Shown here: positions 27,994-37,757 of the stretch, piece by piece
Layout: each line of letters begins with the position of its first letter
Numbering within the stretch: position 1 is the first letter of the stretch
Source: Candidatus Aceula meridiana
GTDB taxonomy: Bacteria; Omnitrophota; Gorgyraeia; Zapsychrales; Aceulaceae
Assembly: GCA_030765185.1 (NCBI GenBank)
Contig: JAVCDE010000015.1
Span: 1 to 62,106 of the forward strand
Direction of reading: 5' to 3'
Length of the DNA: 62,106 bases
The notes under the pieces: generated by a model
Told to the model about the DNA's origin: nothing
The model's input: the letters and a program-made list of their open reading frames with translations, nothing else
The model's database searches: none
Position numbers and translations under genes: made by a program

Positions 27994-28822
27994 GTTTAAA
28001 TGTTTTATAGCGGATACGAAATGCTCGAAGAGGATTCCACCAATATTGCCTTAAAATAACCTTTTTGTCTTCACGGCTTAACTCATGGCTTTCAACTTCT
28101 TCTCTCATAACGCCTGGATGCGTTCCGTAATACGGCGGAAATCGCTTTAAATCTCCAAAAAAATATTTATCTTTCTTTTCGCTCTCCGCAAGCTCGACAA
28201 AACCTATCTCTTGTGCGTTTTTACGCCTTTGCCCCATGACATCCTCGGGCTGAACCCACCCATAATGATAAATAAAGGCATTTGTGTTTTTACGTCTCAG
28301 CGGTTCACCGTCTTTGCGGCGAAAAGTATAGGCATCACCACAAGACTCAACTTGTCCGTTGTTGCGAACAATGCGGTCCTGCTTTTGATACCACCCGCGA
28401 TCAATACGATAGCGGAAATAACTTCCATAAAAATGCAACCATTTAAAACGAAGCGCATCAACGCATGGGTCATCAACAGATTCTTCCATACACCTTTTTA
28501 TTCTTTTGAGATCTTTCTCGTGAACAACCTCGTCTGATTGCAGATAAAAAGCCCAATCGCCCTGACAAGCGGCAAGCGCTAAATTCGTTTGATACGACAA
28601 AACTTCCTTGCCCTGCGCCATGTCCCAGGTGTTCTTAATAATTTTTATCTTAGGGCTTTGAATCGAGTGAATCAGCCCAAGTGTGTCGTCTTCGCTGTCG
28701 CCAACATTAACAATAAATTCATCGCAAATCGGCAAGATAGACTCGATGGACTCCTTAACCGGATAATTAAATTTGATGACATTGCGAACAATGGTAAAGC
28801 CACTTACTTTCATAGGGCTCAC
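27974..28822 (-). CDS. Putative glycosyltransferase (GT2-like fold)
   Basis: SGFTIVRNVIKFNYPVKESIESILPICDEFIVNVGDSEDDT and YLQSDEV resemble GT-A DxD enzymes. Weak call. Confidence 0.4.
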   Translation of the reverse strand: MSPMKVSGFTIVRNVIKFNYPVKESIESILPICDEFIVNVGDSEDDTLGLIHSIQSPKIKIIKNTWDMAQGKEVLSYQTNLALAACQGDWAFYLQSDEVVHEKDLKRIKRCMEESVDDPCVDALRFKWLHFYGSYFRYRIDRGWYQKQDRIVRNNGQVESCGDAYTFRRKDGEPLRRKNTNAFIYHYGWVQPEDVMGQRRKNAQEIGFVELAESEKKDKYFFGDLKRFPPYYGTHPGVMREEVESHELSREDKKVILRQYWWNPLRAFRIRYKTFKRVKEKI

Positions 28823-29934
28823 TTATTGACAACTTCTTGATAAACGTTTAATGTTTGCTGCGCTGTTTTTGCAAATGAAAAATCATCAGCGCGCTTTAAG
28901 GCCTTTTGCTGCAAAGCACTTTTGAATTGTCCGTCTTCGCGTATCTTCTCAATTCCCCGTGCGATTTCTTCCCAGCTTGATGGGCTAACCGTAAGAGCCG
29001 CATCCGAGGCGATTTCCACGCATGAGGATGTATTTGATGTCACAACGGCGCACCCGCAAGAAAAAGCCTCTAAAATAGGGAATCCAAAACCTTCATAGAA
29101 AGAAGAAAAAACAAACACTTCGGCTAAATTATAAAGGCAGCGCAACTCCAAATTGCTCACATAGCCTAATCGCAAGATATCATCACTAAGGTTTTCTTTT
29201 CTGATTTCCTCCTCAATGTCCTTGGTCATCCATCCCTTCATCCCGCAGACAACAAGTTTTCCTGAAAATTTCTTCTTCTTTTTTAGGTCTTTAAAAGCTT
29301 TAATTAAATTCTTTAAATTTTTCCTTGGCTCAACGGTTCCGACGAAAAGAATAAATGGACCTTCAATCCCTTTCTTTCCTAAAAGACTAGCTGCCTGTTT
29401 TTTTTCTTCATCTGACAAAGGATAAAACTGAGACTTATCCACACCGTTATAAACAACACAAGTTTTGTTTTCATCGATAGAAAAAAACCGATGTAAATCT
29501 TTTCGCGTGTTCTCTGAACAACAAATTACCTTGGCGGCCTTAGCCGTAATCTGCTGAAATTGACTCTCGAATATTTCCAAGCTATCCGGCGTATGGACGT
29601 TAGAACAAGCTTTATAAATTAAGTCATGAACGGTAACAACAATCTTAGTTTCCGTTTCCGGTAAAAAATCTAAACTAGGTGAATGATAAAGGTCAACTTT
29701 CTTAAGAAGCGGGCCTAAACCCTTCCCTGAATAGTCAATCTGCCGGTAAAAATTCTTAGCTGAAAACTGAGGAAGCTTCCTCTTAAAATCAAAAAATCCG
29801 CTTTTGCGCGCATACAAATAATATTCGTTTTCCTTATCCATTTTCGCCAGGCAATCAACAAGATTAAAAGCATAGCGACCGATGCCTGTGTAGTTCTTCT
29901 TTGAAAATGATCGACAATTGATAGCAATGCGCAT
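28819..29934 (-). CDS. Glycosyltransferase family 4 (GT-B)
   Basis: C-terminal EGFGFPILEAFSCGCAVVTSN E-x7-E-type motif. 371 aa. Confidence 0.75.
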   Translation of the reverse strand: MRIAINCRSFSKKNYTGIGRYAFNLVDCLAKMDKENEYYLYARKSGFFDFKRKLPQFSAKNFYRQIDYSGKGLGPLLKKVDLYHSPSLDFLPETETKIVVTVHDLIYKACSNVHTPDSLEIFESQFQQITAKAAKVICCSENTRKDLHRFFSIDENKTCVVYNGVDKSQFYPLSDEEKKQAASLLGKKGIEGPFILFVGTVEPRKNLKNLIKAFKDLKKKKKFSGKLVVCGMKGWMTKDIEEEIRKENLSDDILRLGYVSNLELRCLYNLAEVFVFSSFYEGFGFPILEAFSCGCAVVTSNTSSCVEIASDAALTVSPSSWEEIARGIEKIREDGQFKSALQQKALKRADDFSFAKTAQQTLNVYQEVVNK

Positions 29935-29941
29935 AAAAAAG

Positions 29942-30652
29942 TTATTTGTTTTTTAATTTTTCTTGAGCCGTCTTATACCGTTCAGGGGTCCCGATATCCA
30001 GAAATTTATTTTCAGTAATAAACCCGAAGAAGTTTTTTCCTACTAGTTTTGGAAAAAATTCAGTCTCGATAGAAAAGGCTTGAGCCTCAGGCATCCAGTC
30101 AAAAACTTCACGATCAAAACAATAAATTCCGACACTGGCATAAGGTGAAGCAGAGCTTGAAGATTTCTCCTCAAAGCTAACAATTTGATTAGAGGAATCA
30201 ACAACAACCGATCCAAAATCATTCTTATTCTCAAGCTTGGACAAAACCAAAGACGCCTTTGCACCTTGCGCTTGATAAAATTTAAAGAAATCTGAAAAGG
30301 AAACAGAACAAAAACAATCCCCATTTAAGGCAAAGAAAATAGGACTTTGGACTTTATCTCTTGCGTTCTTAATCGCTCCTCCAGTACCCAAAGGAGTCTC
30401 TTCTTTTGAGAAAATAATCTCAAGGCCTAAGCTATTCTTTTGATAATGCGCTTCAATTTCATCAGCCTTATAACCTGTACAAAGAATGACACGTCTAAAT
30501 CCTTGCGCATAAAGATTCTTTAAAAGAATATCCAAAAAAGGAGTACCATCGACTTCGGCTAAAACTTTTGGAGCATCACCCGTCGTTGGGCGCAGACGCT
30601 TGCCAAGCCCACCAGCTAAAACGACAACATCAAATAATGAGAGATCTTGCAA
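29942..30652 (-). CDS. Sugar-1-phosphate nucleotidyltransferase (HddC-like)
   Basis: VVVLAGGLGKRLRPTT..PKVL signature. 236 aa. Directly downstream of an HddA-like kinase. Confidence 0.65.
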   Translation of the reverse strand: MQDLSLFDVVVLAGGLGKRLRPTTGDAPKVLAEVDGTPFLDILLKNLYAQGFRRVILCTGYKADEIEAHYQKNSLGLEIIFSKEETPLGTGGAIKNARDKVQSPIFFALNGDCFCSVSFSDFFKFYQAQGAKASLVLSKLENKNDFGSVVVDSSNQIVSFEEKSSSSASPYASVGIYCFDREVFDWMPEAQAFSIETEFFPKLVGKNFFGFITENKFLDIGTPERYKTAQEKLKNK

Positions 30653-30655
30653 AGC

Positions 30656-31654
30656 TTACAAAACCTTTCCTGTGTTTGGTTGATAAAAAATAATCTGGCT
30701 TCCAAGATTCTCAAACCGCAACGGGATCTCTAAAAAATCCTTAAGCTTTTCGCGGATTTTATCCTGTTTTTCAGGTTCAGCAAAAAGAAGAATAAATCCT
30801 CCTCCTCCCGCTCCTAAAAGTTTTCCTCCAAGCGCTCCAGCTTGTTGCGCCCTTTGGTAGATCTCGTCAATATGAGGTGTTGTAATTTTGTCAGATAGCC
30901 CTCGTTTGATTTTCCAACTCTCGTCTAAAAGCCTTCCAAAGGCTAAAAGATCATTTTTGTTCAGCAGCTCCACCGCTGTCGTTGCCATTTGATACATCTC
31001 ATCAAGATCTTTTTTCTTATTCGGAATATTTTTAATTTGATGGGCCGCAATTGCCGAGGCTGTCCGGGAAAATCCCGTAAAAAACATCATCAAGTGATTT
31101 TCTAGTCGTTTTACGCGCTCTTGAGCAACAGTAATTTTTGTAACCCTCAGGTGATTCGCACCACCGAATTCAATATAATTAAATCCTCCATGCGCGGCTA
31201 AAGCTTGGTCTTGGCAGCCAACGTTTTCTTTGCACATATTTTGCTCAACATAAATCGCCTCTTGCGTTAACCGTTCCTTTGTCAGCATTTCTCCTTTTAA
31301 AGCATAAAGTGCATTCAAAAGGCCGACAGTAAAAGAAGAGCTTGACCCTAACCCTGTACGTGCAGGCAAATCACCATCATGATGAATCTCAAGCCCATCA
31401 TTAATTTTTAAAAATCTCATAACTTCGCGAACAGCCGGATGGTCAATTTCATCAACCTCTTGAACATGTTCCATTTTCGAATAAATAATTCTAGATTTAT
31501 GCTTAAAAAAAGGTGGCAAATAACGACAAGTAATATAGCAATACTTATCGATGGTCGTCCCTAAAGAAGCGCCTTTATTCTCTTTAAACCAAGCAGGATA
31601 ATCAGTTCCTCCGCCAAAAAACGAAATACGAAAAGGTGTTCGACTAATAATCAT
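30656..31654 (-). CDS. GHMP-family sugar kinase (D-glycero-D-manno-heptose 7-phosphate kinase HddA-like)
   Basis: MIISRTPFRISFFGGGTDYP N-terminus, GHMP motif II PARTGLGSSSSF, and C-terminal KLLGAGGGGF. Confidence 0.7.
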   Translation of the reverse strand: MIISRTPFRISFFGGGTDYPAWFKENKGASLGTTIDKYCYITCRYLPPFFKHKSRIIYSKMEHVQEVDEIDHPAVREVMRFLKINDGLEIHHDGDLPARTGLGSSSSFTVGLLNALYALKGEMLTKERLTQEAIYVEQNMCKENVGCQDQALAAHGGFNYIEFGGANHLRVTKITVAQERVKRLENHLMMFFTGFSRTASAIAAHQIKNIPNKKKDLDEMYQMATTAVELLNKNDLLAFGRLLDESWKIKRGLSDKITTPHIDEIYQRAQQAGALGGKLLGAGGGGFILLFAEPEKQDKIREKLKDFLEIPLRFENLGSQIIFYQPNTGKVL

Positions 31655-31672
31655 TAAAAACTCCTTATTTTC

Positions 31673-33154
31673 TTAATCCGCTAGAATATTTCTTGTAAGT
31701 TTATAATCAAGCATCTGCTGAACATGATCAACAGTTCCCTGCCCAAATTTCTCTTTAATCATATCAAGATAATTAGAGTCGCTATAATATCTGTTAAAAG
31801 CATCATCGCGAAAACGTAAAACTTCGACTGCGGATAAATGCTTTGTTGGCAGCGGTAAAGTCTCTGGGCTAAACTGTGAAAATCCAACCCAGCTTTTCGG
31901 AAGCGCTAAGCCTCTCTCTAACGCATCTTGATATAACGGCGAACCTGGATAAGCCATAGTTGAATAAAAATTAACATATTCGCAATTAAGTTTTTGAGCT
32001 AGCTGAAATGTTTCCTGCATCGTCTCAAGATCATCGTCAGGAAGCCCAAACATAAAATTACCAATCACGTGAATACCTGCATCATGCGTCATAGTAATTG
32101 CTTTTTCAACCGTCTCCTGATCAAAACGTCCCTTAGAAACGCCTTTGCGCACATCTCTTGAGCCTGCTTCAATACCATAGCAAAGCCAATTAACGCCTGC
32201 TTTTTTTAGCTTCTCTAAAACTTCTTTTGAAACAGTGTCAACGCGGGCATAAGCCCAAATATTCAATTGATAATTGCGTTCAATTAACAAATCACAAATT
32301 GCAAACATGCGCTCCTGATTAATCACAAAAAGCTCATCTAAAATCTTTAAATGCTTAATCTGATATTGTTTAACGAGATAATCGACCTCTTCAATAACAC
32401 GCTTTGGGCTTCGAAAACGAATCCCAGGCTTACCACTATAAAGTCCATGAATATTGCAATAATGACAATTAAAAGGACATCCTAAGCTCGAATAAATAAT
32501 TGCATATGGAGAGCGCTCATTAATATGTCCGAAACAATGCCAATTGTGTGCCCGATATTTCTCCATCGGTAAAAGATCCCAGGCAACAAATGGCAAATCG
32601 TCTAAGCTCTCAACAACATCAGCCCACCCATTATCAACCAATTTATCGTCTTTTAAATAACACAGACCTTTAATGTTCCAATCCGAATTACTCTCATTTG
32701 TTTTTAGCTGCGTTAAAAGTTGAAAAACTGGATAAAAGGCCTCACCACAACAAACAAAATCAACATTATCTTCTTTAAGCGTACGTTCCGGCAAGGCTCC
32801 AGGATGAATGCCGTAAGTAAGCGTTTTTGTTTTAATGTTTTTTTCTTTAAGTATCTCAAGAATGTGCCTAACCCCAAGCATCTTAGGAGTTGAAGAAGCA
32901 GACGGATTTGCACCGATTGCGCCAATTACAATAAGCGTGGGGTCATGATTGATAACTTCTTCAACCGTCTCAACTGCCCCAAAACTTTCTGCGTCTGCAT
33001 CGACAATCTTAACAACAAAGCCCTTGTCACGTAAAAAAGCCGCCAAAAGTCCAATCCACAGTGGCGGCTCAATACCAGCCAAGCTTTCAAAAAGCTTGCC
33101 GTACATAGCTTTTTTATTGCTCGGATTAATTAAAACAATATCCGTTTTAGGCAA
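31673..33154 (-). CDS. Cobalamin-binding radical SAM enzyme
   Basis: N-terminal B12-binding Rossmann-like domain (VKIVDAD..VIGAIG) followed by the CPFNCHYC CxxxCxxC cluster motif. 493 aa. Confidence 0.8.
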   Translation of the reverse strand: MPKTDIVLINPSNKKAMYGKLFESLAGIEPPLWIGLLAAFLRDKGFVVKIVDADAESFGAVETVEEVINHDPTLIVIGAIGANPSASSTPKMLGVRHILEILKEKNIKTKTLTYGIHPGALPERTLKEDNVDFVCCGEAFYPVFQLLTQLKTNESNSDWNIKGLCYLKDDKLVDNGWADVVESLDDLPFVAWDLLPMEKYRAHNWHCFGHINERSPYAIIYSSLGCPFNCHYCNIHGLYSGKPGIRFRSPKRVIEEVDYLVKQYQIKHLKILDELFVINQERMFAICDLLIERNYQLNIWAYARVDTVSKEVLEKLKKAGVNWLCYGIEAGSRDVRKGVSKGRFDQETVEKAITMTHDAGIHVIGNFMFGLPDDDLETMQETFQLAQKLNCEYVNFYSTMAYPGSPLYQDALERGLALPKSWVGFSQFSPETLPLPTKHLSAVEVLRFRDDAFNRYYSDSNYLDMIKEKFGQGTVDHVQQMLDYKLTRNILAD

Positions 33155-33167
33155 TTATACTCTCCTA

Positions 33168-34097
33168 TTATTTTAGAAACGCGCTGACTTTTTCAACAAC
33201 GCTATCAGTATCAATACCATAATGTTCACGGATAACATTTCGTCCGCCATATTCATAACAATAACCTTGTTCAAGCGAAAGCCCTATGCGCTTAACAGGA
33301 ATCATCACACCATTATCCTGCAAAGTTTCACAAACAGCGCTCGTAAACCCACCAGTCAAAAAATGCTCTTCAAGGGCAATAAGCTTGTTTGTCCCACCAA
33401 GAGCCGCAATAAAATTCTCTTCATGAATAGGAATGGTATAAACGTCAATAACGCCGATGTTAAGTCCTTTTTGATTTAATTTTTCTGCAGCCTCGAGAGC
33501 AACATGCACCATGCTTCCTGTTGCCGCAATATAATAATCCCCTTTTCTTAAAGTCGCGACACCTTTAGAAAAGTCTTCATCCTCTTTATAAAGAGTAGGC
33601 AAAGTTAATCGGTCTAAGCGAACATAATTAGCCTCTTTCATCTGGCAAGATCTCTCAGCAACAGCAGCGGACATCACGCTGTCAGAAATACTATTAATAA
33701 TAAGATTCGGCATCGACCGCACCAAAGTAATATCTTCTATCATGTGGTGTGTTGGTCCGGAATCCTCATATCCAAAACCTGCACCTACGCCTACGATAGT
33801 AATCGGAATTTTCATCATAGAATTATTAACACGAATTTGCTCTAAACACCGAAATGTAATAAAAGGCGCAATGGCATAAACAAAAACTCTTTTACCCTCG
33901 GTTGCCATGCCAGAAGCTACAAGAATTCCATTTTGCTCGGCAATACCAACATTGATAAATTGGGCTGGAAGATCTGTCCGAAATTTATCCAAAGATGGCG
34001 CCCCCATGTCCGCGGAGACAATAATAATGTCCTTGTTATTTTTTGCTAAATCATAAACCTTATTCCAAAACGAGTCTCTCTGAGTAATATTATTCAT
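33168..34097 (-). CDS. Transketolase family, C-terminal (pyrimidine-binding) subunit
   Basis: DMGAPS..FINVGIAEQN..GPTHH motif set. Start at MNNITQRD overlaps the upstream subunit by 8 nt. Confidence 0.8.
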   Translation of the reverse strand: MNNITQRDSFWNKVYDLAKNNKDIIIVSADMGAPSLDKFRTDLPAQFINVGIAEQNGILVASGMATEGKRVFVYAIAPFITFRCLEQIRVNNSMMKIPITIVGVGAGFGYEDSGPTHHMIEDITLVRSMPNLIINSISDSVMSAAVAERSCQMKEANYVRLDRLTLPTLYKEDEDFSKGVATLRKGDYYIAATGSMVHVALEAAEKLNQKGLNIGVIDVYTIPIHEENFIAALGGTNKLIALEEHFLTGGFTSAVCETLQDNGVMIPVKRIGLSLEQGYCYEYGGRNVIREHYGIDTDSVVEKVSAFLK

Positions 34098-34917
34098 AAC
34101 TACACCTTCTTTCAAGTTCGGCTAGCGCCTTTTTCGCATCATCGCCTTTAGGGGCAATTCCATGACAAACAGGTTGATAACAAAAAGACTCAACCCCTTC
34201 TCCTTTAATCGTATCGGCAATAATCACTAAAGGTCTTGTTGATTTTCTCGAGCGAACCTGGCCGAGGACATCCAAGAGTATTTCCATGGAATGTCCGTCA
34301 ATACGCTCAACATCCCATCCAAAAGAATTCCATCTATCTTCCATGGGTTCCAAGGAAACGATATTTTCTGTAAAATCAGTTACGCATAAATAATTACGAT
34401 CGACAATCGCGACCAAATTATTCAACCGGTTATGCGATGCAAACATTGCCGTCTCCCAGATCGAACCTTCATAACACTCGCCATCTCCTAAAAGCGTAAA
34501 CGTTAAGAATAATTCTCTGTTCATTCTTGCAGCTAAAGCAACACCAGCCGCAAAACCAAAACCCTGTCCAAGCGAACCACAGGTAATCTCAACGCCAGGA
34601 ACACTGTTTTGCAAGTGAACACCAAACTGTCCACCCTTTTGAGCAAATTTATCCAAATCTTTCATCGGGAAATACCCACAATCCGCGAGAACCGTATAAA
34701 GCGCAGGAGAAGCCTGCCCCTTACTTAAAATAAAACGATCACGCTCGGCCCAACCCGGATTTTTAGGATCGTGACGCATCATCTCTCCTTGATACAAAGC
34801 AACCAAAATATCAACACAAGACATCGACGAGGTCACGTGTCCTGTCTCAGCCTTAATGCACATATTTAAAATGTGCTTTCGGATGTCCCAGGCTTTTTTC
34901 TTTAAGCTCTTTTTCAT
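34090..34917 (-). CDS. Transketolase family, N-terminal (ThDP-binding) subunit
   Basis: GHVTSSMS, SKGQASPALY, and GSLGQG..LLGDGECYEGSIWE (ThDP GDG motif). Confidence 0.8.
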   Translation of the reverse strand: MKKSLKKKAWDIRKHILNMCIKAETGHVTSSMSCVDILVALYQGEMMRHDPKNPGWAERDRFILSKGQASPALYTVLADCGYFPMKDLDKFAQKGGQFGVHLQNSVPGVEITCGSLGQGFGFAAGVALAARMNRELFLTFTLLGDGECYEGSIWETAMFASHNRLNNLVAIVDRNYLCVTDFTENIVSLEPMEDRWNSFGWDVERIDGHSMEILLDVLGQVRSRKSTRPLVIIADTIKGEGVESFCYQPVCHGIAPKGDDAKKALAELERRCSYE

Positions 34918-34932
34918 ATTTTCTCCTTAAAG

Positions 34933-35865
34933 TTAGATATTCGCGTATTGTGTACGCTTAACAATTTTATATCCTTTAACTAATTCAACAATGCCGTCGG
35001 ATAAAGAATGCTTAGGCTTAAAGCCTGCTTTCTCAATCTTTTCATTGCTGACAATATAGTCCCTTTTATCCGGGTCTTCTCCTATTTTTGATTCTACAAA
35101 ATAAAACTCCTTAACATGTTTTCTAATTTCTTCACAAAGCTCTAGTTTGCTTAAGTTCGCATCACTTAAACCCACGTTATACGGCTCATTTTTCATCTTC
35201 TCAAAATTCTTGAGTCCCAGAATAAAAGCATTCGCAATATCTCGAACATGAATATAATTTCGTTTAAAATGCGCCTCAAAAAGAACAATAAAACGATCAT
35301 AAACCGCACGATACGTAAAATCATTAACCAAAAGATCTAAACGCATTCTAGGGCTAATGCCAAATGCTGTAGCCAATCGAAATGTTATCGCGTTACCACT
35401 TTCTAAAATCATTTTCTCGGTCTCTGTCTTTAATTTTCCATAAAGCGAAACAGGATTTAAAGGTGTCTCCTCTGTGCAGCTTTTATCTTTTTGCCCAACT
35501 CCATAGCCACTGTTAGTCGTCGGATAAATGACTATTTGATCTTTACTACGTGCCTCTAAGATAAGCTTAACAGCATCTACAATAACTGTTTGCGCTTCTA
35601 AAGGATCTTGATTACAAAGAGGCGCTCCTGTTAAGCAAGCCAAAGGAAAAATAGCATCAGCGCTTTTAAGGCAATCGGCAATAAGACTTTTATTGCGCGC
35701 ATCTCCTCTTACAATAGTTAAATTCTTATCCCCACAGCAATCTAAAAGAGAGCTTTGAGAATACATAAAATTATCTAAAACCGTAACCTGATGACCTTGC
35801 GCTAATAGCTTCGGCACAAAAACTGACCCTATATATCCTGCTCCACCTGTGACAAGAATTTTCAT
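34933..35865 (-). CDS. NAD-dependent nucleotide-sugar epimerase/dehydratase (extended SDR)
   Basis: KILVTGGAGYIGS Rossmann motif and YGKLK catalytic YxxxK. Confidence 0.7.
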   Translation of the reverse strand: MKILVTGGAGYIGSVFVPKLLAQGHQVTVLDNFMYSQSSLLDCCGDKNLTIVRGDARNKSLIADCLKSADAIFPLACLTGAPLCNQDPLEAQTVIVDAVKLILEARSKDQIVIYPTTNSGYGVGQKDKSCTEETPLNPVSLYGKLKTETEKMILESGNAITFRLATAFGISPRMRLDLLVNDFTYRAVYDRFIVLFEAHFKRNYIHVRDIANAFILGLKNFEKMKNEPYNVGLSDANLSKLELCEEIRKHVKEFYFVESKIGEDPDKRDYIVSNEKIEKAGFKPKHSLSDGIVELVKGYKIVKRTQYANI

Positions 35866-36800
35866 TTTTTAAACTCCATTTTTTGTTGATAGCAATTAAA
35901 AGCCTCTTGTATCCCTTTTTGAATATCAACTTGAGGGACCCATCCTAATTTTGTTATCGGCTCATTGTCAAGAAGCTTACGCATAGCCCCGTCAGGATGA
36001 CTTGGGTCAAAAACAACATTACCGTTAAACCCAGAAACCTCTTTAATCATTTGCGCCAAACCTTTAATCGAAATATCTTTCCCACATCCAATATGAATAG
36101 GAATTTCTTTATTATAATGTTTCATCAAAAATACCGCAGCGCGCGCAACATCATCGCCAGAGATAAACTCTCGACAAGGCTGACCGCTTCCCCAAAGAAC
36201 AACTTCACTCTGATTTTTAACCTTTGCCTCATAAAACTTAGCAATAAGACTATCTAAAACATGCGCAGAAGACGCATCAATATCGCCTTTAACCCCGTAG
36301 GCCGTAGCCACAACAGCAACAATTGCGTTAAAACCATATTGAGCTCGATACGCTTGACAAAGTTTTACACCAGCTAATTTTGCCGTTGAATATGCTGCGC
36401 TCGTCGATTCCATAGGCGAAGTCATCAAATATTCCGGATTCATCGGCTGCGGGCAACTTTTAGGATAAATACATGAACTAGAAAAATATAAAAGTTTCTT
36501 TGTTGCAAACTTGTGCGCCGCATAAATAACATTATTCTGACTCGCGCTATTGGCGTAAAAAAATTCAGCAGGATTTTCCTGATTTGCCTTAATACCACCA
36601 GCGCGAATCGAGTTTAAAAATACATAATCCGGTTTATGATCTGCAAAAAAACGATTAACCGAACTCTGAATTGTTGTATCTAAGCCAAGCTGCGAAGAAG
36701 AAAAAACTTGTGTAAAATCATTCTCCTTAAAATACCGAATCAAAGACTCTTCAACGACGTCCTTATGCCCAACGATAAAAATCTTAGAATTCTTTTCCAT
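35862..36800 (-). CDS. GDP-L-fucose-synthase-like (Fcl/GER1-type) SDR with degenerate glycine motif
   Basis: SSSCIYP, YSTAKLAG and the C-terminal Fcl-like region are conserved. The N-terminus reads IFIVGHKDVVEES where Fcl has AGHRGMVGS. Confidence 0.55.
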   Translation of the reverse strand: MEKNSKIFIVGHKDVVEESLIRYFKENDFTQVFSSSQLGLDTTIQSSVNRFFADHKPDYVFLNSIRAGGIKANQENPAEFFYANSASQNNVIYAAHKFATKKLLYFSSSCIYPKSCPQPMNPEYLMTSPMESTSAAYSTAKLAGVKLCQAYRAQYGFNAIVAVVATAYGVKGDIDASSAHVLDSLIAKFYEAKVKNQSEVVLWGSGQPCREFISGDDVARAAVFLMKHYNKEIPIHIGCGKDISIKGLAQMIKEVSGFNGNVVFDPSHPDGAMRKLLDNEPITKLGWVPQVDIQKGIQEAFNCYQQKMEFKK

Positions 36801-36806
36801 AAGTTT

Positions 36807-37748
36807 TTAAGCGTTATCCTTAAACCAAGCAAACGTTCTAGCCAGACCCTCTTGAATCTGAACCTTTGGCTTCCATTTCAATTTTGTCTTCGCAATCGCA
36901 ATATCAGGCTTTCGCTGTTTAGGGTCATCAACAGGCAATGGCTTTCGAACAATTTTCTTTTTTATTTTTGCTACTTTCTGAAGAACTTTAGCAAGCTCCA
37001 GCATATTAAACTCTATTGGATTACCAATATTAACAGGAGTATGAATATTAGACTGCAAAAGCTTGACGATGCCAGCAACCATATCATCCACATAACAAAA
37101 AGAACGCGTTTGTTTTCCTGTTCCATAAATAGTTAATGGCTTATTGTGAAGTGTCTGATAAATAAAATTAGGAACAACACGACCATCACGCATGCGCATA
37201 CGAGGCCCGTAAGTATTAAAAATCCTGATAATGCGGGTATCCACTTTATGCACACGATGATATGCCATAACAATTGCCTCGGCAAAACGTTTTGACTCGT
37301 CGTACATGCTGCGCGGGCCCACAGAATTAACATTGCCCCAATACGTCTCTTTTTGCGGATGCACCAAAGGGTCACCATAAACTTCTGAGGTCGAAGCTAA
37401 AAGAAACTTAGCCTTTTTAGCTTTTGCAACCCCCAAAACATTATGCGTTCCTAAGGAGCCAACTTTTAAAGTCTGAATAGAAAATTCTGTATAATCAACA
37501 GGACTTGCGGGCGAAGCAAAATGTAAAATATAATCAATTGCTCCTTTGATATTAATACGTTTAGAAATATCGTGTTTACAAAACGTAAAATTTTTCTCTC
37601 CGAGAAGATGACGGATGTTATCTTTAGACCCTGTAATTAAATTATCCATACAGATAACACGAAAATCTTTTCGGATAAAACAATCACACAAATGACTCCC
37701 GATAAAACCTGCACCGCCTGTGATAAGAATAACTTTTTTTCTTTTCAT
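36807..37748 (-). CDS. UDP-glucuronate decarboxylase (UDP-xylose synthase-like)
   Basis: [55 protein letters not shown] are hallmark UXS/ArnA-C motifs. Confidence 0.8.
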   Translation of the reverse strand: MKRKKVILITGGAGFIGSHLCDCFIRKDFRVICMDNLITGSKDNIRHLLGEKNFTFCKHDISKRINIKGAIDYILHFASPASPVDYTEFSIQTLKVGSLGTHNVLGVAKAKKAKFLLASTSEVYGDPLVHPQKETYWGNVNSVGPRSMYDESKRFAEAIVMAYHRVHKVDTRIIRIFNTYGPRMRMRDGRVVPNFIYQTLHNKPLTIYGTGKQTRSFCYVDDMVAGIVKLLQSNIHTPVNIGNPIEFNMLELAKVLQKVAKIKKKIVRKPLPVDDPKQRKPDIAIAKTKLKWKPKVQIQEGLARTFAWFKDNA

Positions 37749-37757
37749 ATTTTTAAG

